Shown here: piece by piece, positions 47,765-55,884 of the stretch | Position numbering within the stretch: the stretch's first letter is position 1 | How the letters are laid out: every line of letters begins with the position of its first letter | Notes under the pieces: generated by a model | The model's input: only the letters and a program-made list of their open reading frames with translations | What the model was told of the DNA's origin: nothing | Databases searched by the model: none | Virus record (IMG/VR): IMGVR_UViG_3300032246_000977 | Location: 5,840 to 69,839 of that record | Length of the DNA: 64,000 nucleotides | Strand: one strand, 5' to 3' | Source: a virus | Taxonomy: Duplodnaviria > Caudoviricetes | Translations under genes and position numbers: made by a program

Positions 47765-48957
47765 TTTGATATTAAGTTAAGGTACAAACTATTTAAGCGG
47801 TCATACTTTGGTGCCAAGAATAACTGTTGGTTGTGTACAATATCCTCCCAGCAACTCTTGTACCATTCGTGTAGATCCAATAGGGATAGTTGTTCCACAG
47901 CTGAAACCACACGTTTAAATCGTTCAGTATTGTCACAGTGTTGATCATACCTGTTATCTACAGCATGATCAAACGTACGATAGCCCAACTCCTTTAAGGT
48001 AGTTAGGGTATTAGGAGTGCCAAATACTACAAATGGTTGCCCGTGTCTAATAGGTTTGAATGTTTTTTCGCTTATAAAAGTACAGTTGGTTGCGTCAGCA
48101 TCAAAAAATGTTTCCAGCACAAGATTACAATAGGCGTTTTCGTAGTGCTCTGGTACATATTGCCAGTGTTGATTGTGATTGTCGCTGGTAAGATCATCGC
48201 ATTTGTAGGGAGCACCGGCAACAAACTGTTCCATATCTGATTCAAGTCCTTTAAATGGCCAAATCTGTATGGGATTAAATCTCAAAGGACCAGTACTGTC
48301 GTCGTCACTCATGCTGATGGTATTATAACTCCAGTAGCTAGATTCCAACAGCTTGAGTTGATGTAGTCTGGCCATTACAGTGGCCCGCCACCATTTGTGT
48401 ATTCTGCTAAGTGCTGTAAATTGTCTAGTGCGAGGACGATGATGTGGTTTGCACCCAGGCACTGTTTGTCCGTCTTTCACTACACTGTTACGCCAATAAA
48501 ACAATTCGTGATCTGGAAAGTAAACAAATCTATCCAATTGTCGAGCCATAGTATTGCCGCTGACAAATCGATAACAGTTCACCGGTAATCGATGGACCTC
48601 ACATAGTTGATCCAGTCTGCGTTTTTGATGGTGCGGTCCATCACCTTCGTGATAGTAGAATAACACTGTTAGTTGTTGACTGCGTAATAGATCATGAATC
48701 TGGTCAGACATCATTGAAAAGTAATCAATGTTGTGATTAAAATAACCTAGTCCTACAGGATAGAATGCATGTTTTGGAATGGGTTGATCTATGTAACTAA
48801 CAGTATAGGGATAATTGTGATCTCGTACAAAATACATCAATCTCAATGGTCCTATCCAGGGATAAGAATCTCCAAGACCTGTTTGATTGTCAACTATGGG
48901 TGCAAGATTAGGATATGGGTTTCCATTGATGCAACGATCAAATACAAAATTAAACAC
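47761..48957 (-). CDS. GT10-like (GT-B) glycosyltransferase paralog 3
   Basis: NLVLETFFDADATNCTFISEKTFKPIRHGQPFVVFG...LGYRTFDHAVDNRYD. Confidence 0.55.
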   Translation of the reverse strand: MFNFVFDRCINGNPYPNLAPIVDNQTGLGDSYPWIGPLRLMYFVRDHNYPYTVSYIDQPIPKHAFYPVGLGYFNHNIDYFSMMSDQIHDLLRSQQLTVLFYYHEGDGPHHQKRRLDQLCEVHRLPVNCYRFVSGNTMARQLDRFVYFPDHELFYWRNSVVKDGQTVPGCKPHHRPRTRQFTALSRIHKWWRATVMARLHQLKLLESSYWSYNTISMSDDDSTGPLRFNPIQIWPFKGLESDMEQFVAGAPYKCDDLTSDNHNQHWQYVPEHYENAYCNLVLETFFDADATNCTFISEKTFKPIRHGQPFVVFGTPNTLTTLKELGYRTFDHAVDNRYDQHCDNTERFKRVVSAVEQLSLLDLHEWYKSCWEDIVHNQQLFLAPKYDRLNSLYLNLISK

Positions 48958-50161
48958 GTAATCCCTTTAACATGTTTAACAGTTCGTTCCAGAGTATGTT
49001 AGAAAAACCCTGACCATAAAAATGTTCAAAGTTGTGTTCGACTATGGGTAAACATGCTTGATGTATGGTTTGTCTTTCTGCAACAGGTAAATCATTTAAT
49101 TCTTTTAGTAATTTTGTAACACGTTCTATTCGTCGAATGTCATCAGTTTCTTCGTCGTAGCTTTCATCAAAAATGCCACTGAATGTACGGAATCCGTATT
49201 CACGTAAGTATGCCAAACTACCAGCTGAAGCTACCAATACAAATGGCATTTCTAAGGCTATGGCTTTGAATGTCTTTTCGGTTATGTGCAGTCTGCGACC
49301 AAAGTACACAGTTTCGGTTGGCACATATACTAAGCTATCAGCGGCTTCATTGAAGTTGGTTAACCAACAACTGGTCATTTCTTGTGTATCTTCACCTGCA
49401 AACGTTTTTGGGAGATCAGCTTGTTCAAACACAGTGGTGATATCTTGGTATACATTGGTATACTTCTGTGCTATACTAGCTATATCTACACCTTCAACTG
49501 GGCATGTTCTGGGTGCTGATATATGATTACCATCTAGCCCTTGTTTGAATACATTATAAAGAAACAGCACACGATGATCACGCATACCACCCACAATACG
49601 ATTTGGACTCATAAAAGTTTGTGTAGGTTTGCGATCTCTGGCTCTGGGAATTAAAAATGTTTTATCATATCCTCGAAACCAGTCCTGACAGGCCCACCCA
49701 TGATAAAAATAATAATGACTTTGCCAGCCGTATTGTTCGGTTAATCGGTCAACGTATTCGCCACGTTCGCTTACAACAATATGTCCTGTGGGTCGTGTCA
49801 AGTTACATTTTTGCAACAATTGCGGAAATGTTTTTATTTCAGACAACCCATAGACCCAATCATTTATTTCTTTTTTCTGCCAGGTCCACGGTTGGTCTGG
49901 ATAATGATTCATCTCACATAATAAATCGTAGGATCTACGAAAAACCTCGTCAAACAATGTTTGGTATTGATCCAAATGTACTGGTTCTTGATCATGAAAA
50001 AATATAAAGTTAGTTTCTACAATATCGTCTTGTCCGTGATTAAATACATTCTCCAGTCCGGTATGTCCTGGAGGATCGCAGAAGAACATTCGCATTCCTG
50101 GCAAGTTTTTTTTAATCCAAGGCCAAAATGTATTGTTGTAAATTTCGTCTATTCTAATCAT
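48950..50161 (-). CDS. GT10-like (GT-B) glycosyltransferase paralog 4
   Basis: YVPTETVYFGRRLHITEKTFKAIALEMPFVLVA...YGFRTFSGIFDESYD. Confidence 0.55.
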   Translation of the reverse strand: MIRIDEIYNNTFWPWIKKNLPGMRMFFCDPPGHTGLENVFNHGQDDIVETNFIFFHDQEPVHLDQYQTLFDEVFRRSYDLLCEMNHYPDQPWTWQKKEINDWVYGLSEIKTFPQLLQKCNLTRPTGHIVVSERGEYVDRLTEQYGWQSHYYFYHGWACQDWFRGYDKTFLIPRARDRKPTQTFMSPNRIVGGMRDHRVLFLYNVFKQGLDGNHISAPRTCPVEGVDIASIAQKYTNVYQDITTVFEQADLPKTFAGEDTQEMTSCWLTNFNEAADSLVYVPTETVYFGRRLHITEKTFKAIALEMPFVLVASAGSLAYLREYGFRTFSGIFDESYDEETDDIRRIERVTKLLKELNDLPVAERQTIHQACLPIVEHNFEHFYGQGFSNILWNELLNMLKGLRV

Positions 50162-51968
50162 GTTTGATATATTTTATTCTGGCACACGACCCAATTTGTT
50201 CCCGCATGAGCAGGAAGCAAGGGATATTGAACATGCCGGGGAGTTGTCGCGTACTAGATACTTCTGGTGGGTAAACTATTTAACTGATTACGCAGGCTTT
50301 GATTTTTTATGGGAGCCTAGCCCTTGGCAAAGTCATCAACGACACGCTTGGGCTAGTCAATGGCAAAAAGACTCCGGAACATATCTAGTGCCCAAAGCAG
50401 GCTACGCAGAAACCAACTATCACCCAGATCCTGCGGTAACTCGTTTGGCTAGTAGAGATAGTTGGTGCATACCAGACACATTCGATTCTGCTAGTTTTGA
50501 CTTCTCTTGGCATCCTGATCCCACAGACCCGCCTTATACCTATCAGTTTGGCACACAACATCAACGCACTGGTGGTCCGCAATACTATAACGGCAGTACA
50601 GATCTAAAGTTTGTGGATCAAATACGTGGTACAGCAAAGCCCGGCGTCGCCCCTGTCGTTGAAATAGACCACATGGATGGCAATGCTGGTCAAGTGCCCG
50701 GCACTGTTAAGACTGTGCGTTACTTTGACAACTACAAAGACGTGTTAACTAGAATTGCCAACACAGTAGAAGCAGAATATATATGGATTGTGAGTAGTAT
50801 ATGTGACTATTCTGACTTTGACTTCAGTTGGCATCCAGAGCATTGGCAAAGTACCATGCTACACGTATTTGCGTCAAGCGGAGAAAAGTTTGGCGATACA
50901 TTCTATATGCATGTGCCTAGTTTTAAGAAGCGTATAGCTCAGTTTGAATTACTTGATTGGTATGATGTAAACTTTGTAGGTCCAGGAGTCGAACGTAGAC
51001 CCATGCCTGTAGTACAACATGATTTGGATACTCATGTAGAAGCAATTAAAACTATGGATTGGTTAGGTCCATTGGCAGTGTTTAGTACAGATGGGCAAGT
51101 TACAGCAACACCCACAGTTCCCTTATGGCGTGAGAAGACCAAGACCGTTGTGCCACTTAGTCTTGGTGCTAGTGCGGTCATTGTGCCTAAGACCGCTGTT
51201 CCTTACATAAGGACACAAGCATATAACTATCCTTACATAGACCGCACACAACGTCACATGTATACTGATGCTCCATTAGACATAGTGTTTATTGACAATG
51301 GTGAACCCAACGCAGAACAAAATTGGGCATTTTTAAATATAACAACTGCAAATAATAATAATCGCATACATCGCAGTAGTGGAGTTAACGGACGTGTGTC
51401 TGCATATCAAGCTGCTGCTAAACTAAGCACTACACCTTGGTTCTTTGCTGTGTTTGCCAAACTTAAAGTTAATGGTACTTTTGATTGGTCGTGGCAACCT
51501 GATCGCTTGCAAGAACCCAAACACTACATATTCCATGCAAAGAATACTATTAATGGATTAGAATATGGTCACCAGGCCATGATTGCCTATAACAAGAAGT
51601 TGGTGTTGGGCAATACCGGTGTAGGTCTGGACTTTACCTTAGACTCGGCACACGAAGTAGTTCCTATCTTATCTGGCACAGCAGAATATGCACACAGTCC
51701 TTGGATGGCATGGCGTACAGCTTTCCGAGAATGCTTAAAGCTCAAAGGCAATACAGATGTTGAAAGTCAGTATAGACTCAACAAGTGGTTAACTGTTAAT
51801 CTGAAAGGGCAGTTGGATTGGGGAGAATATAGTATCTATGGAGCAGAAGATGCTGTGGAGTACTACGATGCAGTTGGCGGAGATTTTGATCAGCTTCGGA
51901 AGAGCTACGACTGGGCCTGGTTAGCTAGCTACGCATTGATAAAGCGGAATCTAACACCGAGTCAATAA
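50160..51968 (+). CDS. Multi-repeat GT-A-like protein, paralog of 29450-30364
   Basis: The C-terminal domain aligns by eye with the 29450 product (DIVFIDNGEPN, GVNGRVSAYQAAA, KNTINGLEYG, AWRTAFRECLK). Four FD(F/W)xWxP repeats are present. Confidence 0.6.
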   Translation: MFDIFYSGTRPNLFPHEQEARDIEHAGELSRTRYFWWVNYLTDYAGFDFLWEPSPWQSHQRHAWASQWQKDSGTYLVPKAGYAETNYHPDPAVTRLASRDSWCIPDTFDSASFDFSWHPDPTDPPYTYQFGTQHQRTGGPQYYNGSTDLKFVDQIRGTAKPGVAPVVEIDHMDGNAGQVPGTVKTVRYFDNYKDVLTRIANTVEAEYIWIVSSICDYSDFDFSWHPEHWQSTMLHVFASSGEKFGDTFYMHVPSFKKRIAQFELLDWYDVNFVGPGVERRPMPVVQHDLDTHVEAIKTMDWLGPLAVFSTDGQVTATPTVPLWREKTKTVVPLSLGASAVIVPKTAVPYIRTQAYNYPYIDRTQRHMYTDAPLDIVFIDNGEPNAEQNWAFLNITTANNNNRIHRSSGVNGRVSAYQAAAKLSTTPWFFAVFAKLKVNGTFDWSWQPDRLQEPKHYIFHAKNTINGLEYGHQAMIAYNKKLVLGNTGVGLDFTLDSAHEVVPILSGTAEYAHSPWMAWRTAFRECLKLKGNTDVESQYRLNKWLTVNLKGQLDWGEYSIYGAEDAVEYYDAVGGDFDQLRKSYDWAWLASYALIKRNLTPSQ

Positions 51969-53010
51969 TGTATTCAACTTCCAGGTCAGTTAGTTCTGGA
52001 TAGATAGGTAAGCTCAATACACGTCTGCTTAAAGCACTGGCTACACTTAGTATGTCGGGTCCTGTGTAATCTGCATAAGCTGGTAGTTCGTGTAGAGGTT
52101 GTTTATAATGTACACGAGTTTCAATACCTTTGATTTCTAGGTTGCGGCTGAGTATATCTCGTTTGTCCACATCAACAACAAACTTATGATACGAGTGTGT
52201 TTCAAAGTTGCCAGCATCAATTAAACTTCTAATTCCAGAGTTCTTTAATCTACTGGTCCAGTATAAGGCAATGTTCTTGCGTCGTGCTTGCCACTGATCA
52301 ATATAACGTGTTTTAACCATCATTTGTGCTGAGTCTGTTTCACTCATCCTACTGTTGGTGCCTATATTGGCGTGTTTGGGTTTGCCGTTGTTGGTCCATT
52401 CACGTGCAAACTCCAGCATGTCTATATCATCAGTTACCACAGCACCACCATTACCGTAAGCATTTAGATTTTTCATTGGATCAAAACTTATAGCAGTGGC
52501 ATTGCCAATTCTTGTACAGTTGTTGCTTAACCAGTGTTGAGCACCGTCTTCGATAATTAGGTCTGTGGCCCAAAAACGATCTGAATTAACCGCAGCACCA
52601 TACAAGCCAACCAACACAGTTGCTTGTACACTAAGTTCGTTGGGTATCTTTTTTTTGTCTAGCAAGCCGTGATAGTCGGTGTCAGCAATGTAAACTTCCC
52701 AACCTGCTCGTATAAATGCGTTGGCTGTGGCCACATAAGTCATTGCGGGCACAACTACTCTAGGCGGATTAGTACTACTTTGTGCTCGATAGAATTCAGC
52801 AATTATTTCCAAGGCTTGACTGCCCGAGTGGCAAGTTACTGCATACTTGCTGTGATTCTTTTTGGCCAACCAATTTTCAAATTCAGCAGTATAGTTGCCA
52901 GCCATGAGTTGCCCTGACCGCAAGACTTCATCTGTGGCATCTAAAATCTCTGTGCGTAGATTGTTATACTGCTTTTTTAATCCCGTAAACGGAATCTTTA
53001 AGCCATTCAT
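51925..53010 (-). CDS. DegT/DnrJ/EryC1/StrS NDP-sugar aminotransferase
   Basis: KYAVTCHSGSQALE, IIEDGAQ, ISFDPMKNLNAYGNGGAVVT, GTNSRMSE and LSLPIYPEL. The probable ATG is at 53010. Confidence 0.92.
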   Translation of the reverse strand: MNGLKIPFTGLKKQYNNLRTEILDATDEVLRSGQLMAGNYTAEFENWLAKKNHSKYAVTCHSGSQALEIIAEFYRAQSSTNPPRVVVPAMTYVATANAFIRAGWEVYIADTDYHGLLDKKKIPNELSVQATVLVGLYGAAVNSDRFWATDLIIEDGAQHWLSNNCTRIGNATAISFDPMKNLNAYGNGGAVVTDDIDMLEFAREWTNNGKPKHANIGTNSRMSETDSAQMMVKTRYIDQWQARRKNIALYWTSRLKNSGIRSLIDAGNFETHSYHKFVVDVDKRDILSRNLEIKGIETRVHYKQPLHELPAYADYTGPDILSVASALSRRVLSLPIYPELTDLEVEYIIDSVLDSALSMRS

Positions 53011-53944
53011 GATAGAGTTTAAATCCTTGTTCAATGTTTACTGTGGGCGTATACCCAAAGTCTAGGTGTGCTCTTTGCATATTTAACTGTCCTCTGCTGG
53101 GGAAGTTATTGTCGGGCTGTTGTACATCAATTGATCCTTGCCCAACTAAGCTGACAGCTAGTTCGGCTGCTTCTAACAAGGTTCTCGATTGTCCTCGGGT
53201 AATGTTGTAGGTTGTATTATAAGTAGCATCACTGACTGCGGCTTGAGCAATGCCATCGGCAGCATCAGTTACATAGGTAAAATCCAATTCTTCTGCACCA
53301 CCGTTAACTTTTAAAGTATCGCCACGCATGGCCGCCAGCAAAAACTTTGACACCACACGATCTTCAACATCAAGTGGTCCATACACAGCACTGGGTCTTA
53401 TGATAGTATGGGCCATGTTGGTTCTGCGAGTATAGTCGCGTACTAACCATTCTCCAGCCAACTTCATTATACCATACTGCCCCAAGGGATCGGTTGGGTG
53501 GCTTTCGGTAACACCATCAAAGTAAGTGTCTTTAAAGTCACCATAGACCATGCTACTACTTACATATACAAATTTTTGTACATGGTTACAAGTACTGGAC
53601 TCTAACAAATTAAGTAGGCCTTCACTCATAACACGACTACCCCAAGCGGGGTCTCTATTAACTACTTTTTGTCTGGGAAAGCTGGCCAAGTGTACGACAA
53701 CATCGGGTTGATGTTCACGCATTAACCAGGCAATGCCATCAGCGTCGCTGAGGTCAATTCTATAAATTCTATCTGTTTTTATTTTTTTACGACGTTCGGC
53801 GACAAGATAATCTAATTCTGCCGGCGGTACAATTCCATAAGTGGTTTGCGTGTCAGTGATGACACAAGTATGGCCCAGACTTTCTAATAGGGCAACAACA
53901 TTGTGGCCTATAAAACCCAAGCCTCCTGTTACAAGTATTTTCAT
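52964..53944 (-). CDS. NAD-dependent NDP-sugar epimerase/dehydratase (extended SDR)
   Basis: ILVTGGLGFIG, VVHLAS, SSSMVYG, YGIMK (YxxxK), RPSAVYGP and DFTYVTD. ATG 53944 overlaps the upstream stop. Confidence 0.92.
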   Translation of the reverse strand: MKILVTGGLGFIGHNVVALLESLGHTCVITDTQTTYGIVPPAELDYLVAERRKKIKTDRIYRIDLSDADGIAWLMREHQPDVVVHLASFPRQKVVNRDPAWGSRVMSEGLLNLLESSTCNHVQKFVYVSSSMVYGDFKDTYFDGVTESHPTDPLGQYGIMKLAGEWLVRDYTRRTNMAHTIIRPSAVYGPLDVEDRVVSKFLLAAMRGDTLKVNGGAEELDFTYVTDAADGIAQAAVSDATYNTTYNITRGQSRTLLEAAELAVSLVGQGSIDVQQPDNNFPSRGQLNMQRAHLDFGYTPTVNIEQGFKLYHEWLKDSVYGIKKAV

Positions 53945-54180
53945 TTGCCCCACTTTAGTAAGTATTCTGTTGCCAACTTATCTTCTACTTCTCCGTAGAC
54001 TGTAATTTTATGCCCAAAGGTATTGACATCTGGTCGCACAATGTATCGTGGGTCTGAGCAGTGCTTCATTACCCACTGCCCTTTTTCTGTTTGTTGCCAC
54101 TCGTATAACGGTTGTGCGGCATAAAGTTCTGGATCCTCTACATCGCCCATACCAAAGGAGTGGAAGTCTATTTTCTGCAT
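53941..54180 (-). CDS. Small hypothetical protein of the FxL(K/R)W family
   Basis: 79 aa, ending ATEYLLKWGK. Confidence 0.7.
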   Translation of the reverse strand: MQKIDFHSFGMGDVEDPELYAAQPLYEWQQTEKGQWVMKHCSDPRYIVRPDVNTFGHKITVYGEVEDKLATEYLLKWGK

Positions 54181-54186
54181 ACTGTT

Positions 54187-54215
54187 ATTATAGCAAAAAA
54201 CTCTAGATCTTGCAA
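54187..54215 (-). promoter_or_regulatory. Sigma70-type promoter (TTGCAA-17-TG-n-TATAAT)
   Basis: -35 at 54215-54210 and -10 at 54192-54187. ATG 54180 follows 6 nt later. Confidence 0.65.
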
Positions 54216-54216
54216 T

Positions 54217-54519
54217 CTAGAGTTTGCCTAACAGCTTATCGGTTTCGGGTTGTATCAAGCTAGCCACAGCACTAATGTCCACCACAAAGTCCACGTCTTT
54301 GATTTCGTGATCGTTGTCCTTAAAGAATCTTGTGAGCATGGTTTCCACCTCACTTAATTCTAACCCTTGCTTGAGCAAGGTATGAACATTAATAGTTTTT
54401 TGACGACTGCCTGCTAATTTAATTACGACTTTTTTGATACATTCAAGAGGAACATCTGTTTTGTTTACACCTGCAATAATATGTTCCCATTGATCTAAAA
54501 AATCATCATTGAGCTGCAT
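54217..54519 (-). CDS. Hypothetical protein
   Basis: 100-aa ORF in a coupled - strand run. Confidence 0.7.
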   Translation of the reverse strand: MQLNDDFLDQWEHIIAGVNKTDVPLECIKKVVIKLAGSRQKTINVHTLLKQGLELSEVETMLTRFFKDNDHEIKDVDFVVDISAVASLIQPETDKLLGKL

Positions 54520-55222
54520 CCGCCACCGCCTTGGTCTTTGCTGGACGGCCGCGTTTGACTGAAGTTGCCGCGGGTGTGGCTGGTGCTTCTTTGGCTACCA
54601 CATGAGGATCCATAACTTGTGCTTGTTTCTTCATGCGACTAGCTTCGGCGATCATGGCCTTGGCTTCAAGTTCCATTTTCTTAGCTTGGAACACCATGTT
54701 GGCAGCAATGTCTCGATCACTTAGTGCAGCATCTTGTGGTGCTTGAAATTTAGGTGCCGCTGGTGCTGATTGTTGTGCTTTAAACTCTGCTTCGGCTGCA
54801 CGTTTAACTTCTGGTGCAACCATACCGCGGCTGGCATCGTTCTGTGCCATCTTCTTGATAGCATCTGCACCTAACTTCATTTCGTTTAACATCTTGTTTA
54901 ATTCATCAAGACGAATATTAGAGTTAGCAGTTGGAGTAACAATGATATCAGACGTACGAACCTTCTTGATCATACGCTCTTCGTGTAGTGTTTGTAGAAT
55001 TGCACGACCATCAGGCAAGAAGTTACGATGTAGTGCGTCAGCCAGTTCTTCTGCTTGTTGAGCAATGTCGCTTTCTACTACAGCTTGAATAGATTGTTGC
55101 CAGTGTGCATGAAGTGTGTCTGGATAGATGAGCAAAGCCATGTGATCCTCGCCTGGAACCTGACGGAACAGGATACATACCTTGCGGTCGCCGTGTTTAC
55201 CTACGTGTTTCATAAATGCCAT
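54506..55222 (-). CDS. Hypothetical protein with a C-terminal KRGRP (AT-hook-like) motif
   Basis: Probable start MAFMKHVGKH at 55222 after AAGGAG. The C-terminal half is helical and Ala-rich, ending VKRGRPAK. Confidence 0.7.
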   Translation of the reverse strand: MAFMKHVGKHGDRKVCILFRQVPGEDHMALLIYPDTLHAHWQQSIQAVVESDIAQQAEELADALHRNFLPDGRAILQTLHEERMIKKVRTSDIIVTPTANSNIRLDELNKMLNEMKLGADAIKKMAQNDASRGMVAPEVKRAAEAEFKAQQSAPAAPKFQAPQDAALSDRDIAANMVFQAKKMELEAKAMIAEASRMKKQAQVMDPHVVAKEAPATPAATSVKRGRPAKTKAVADAAQ

Positions 55223-55223
55223 T

Positions 55224-55448
55224 TTATTCTCCTTGGGATACGCTAGCTTGGTCGGATCCATCCGCTTCAGCAGTGTCTGCTTCTTGAGCGGCAGCTTGTG
55301 CAACTACCGCTTCTAAAAATTGAGAGAGCTTGTTGTAAACTTCTCCAATTTCTTTCATCTCGCCTGCCCGGAATGCGCCACGGGTGCTGGCAAGATCAAT
55401 AATGTTTTTAAGCAGATTTAAGTCTGCGACTGTGATATTATTTTCCAT
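55224..55448 (-). CDS. Small hypothetical protein
   Basis: MENNITVADL...IIDLASTRGAFRAGEM; a TAAATA motif lies 5 nt upstream. Confidence 0.7.
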   Translation of the reverse strand: MENNITVADLNLLKNIIDLASTRGAFRAGEMKEIGEVYNKLSQFLEAVVAQAAAQEADTAEADGSDQASVSQGE

Positions 55449-55453
55449 ATAGA

Positions 55454-55459
55454 TATTTA
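55454..55459 (-). promoter_or_regulatory. T4-late-like promoter motif (TAAATA)
   Basis: Lies just downstream of a terminator and 5 nt before ATG 55448. Confidence 0.5.
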
Positions 55460-55490
55460 ACACTAATATATGCCGTTAATTTATTTTTAC

Positions 55491-55520
55491 AAAGAAAAAC
55501 ACCCCATTTAGGGGTGTTTT
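55491..55520 (-). terminator. Intrinsic terminator
   Basis: The - strand reads AAAACACCCC-TAAAT-GGGGTGTTTT followed by TCTTT. Confidence 0.8.
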
Positions 55521-55538
55521 GGTAAAACTGATCTGCGT

Positions 55539-55700
55539 TTAGTTAAGTTTATAGTTGATATAAATTAGCACAAATGAAACTAGGGCACCAATGTAGTTAC
55601 CTACGCCTAGATCCTGTAACCCAGATAATGTCAAAACGCCAATTAAAAACCAGGTAATTTCTTTTTGGTTTTTTAAATAAAATGCTCTAATACTATTCAT
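55539..55700 (-). CDS. 53-aa membrane protein with two hydrophobic segments, not in the ORF track
   Basis: Translates as MNSIRAFYLKNQKEITWFLIGVLTLSGLQDLGVGNYIGALVSFVLIYINYKLN*. It has a GGAG RBS and overlaps the upstream stop. Confidence 0.7.
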   Translation of the reverse strand: MNSIRAFYLKNQKEITWFLIGVLTLSGLQDLGVGNYIGALVSFVLIYINYKLN

Positions 55701-55884
55701 CTTCTTCTCCGATAAGTTCTAAATTTTGCCCTGCCATATCTAACATACAACTGTAGCAGGTAGGGCAAAATGCTACGGGTAATATTCCAAAGTGTCCTTG
55801 GATACCGCCTTCGTCGTCAGTAAAATCACAACTGCATACCGTACACTTATGATCAGTACCTACGTGTTCTAGTCCTTGAATCAT
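55693..55884 (-). CDS. Small zinc-ribbon-like protein
   Basis: CTVC...CPTC; coupled to the vWA gene. Confidence 0.65.
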   Translation of the reverse strand: MIQGLEHVGTDHKCTVCSCDFTDDEGGIQGHFGILPVAFCPTCYSCMLDMAGQNLELIGEEDE

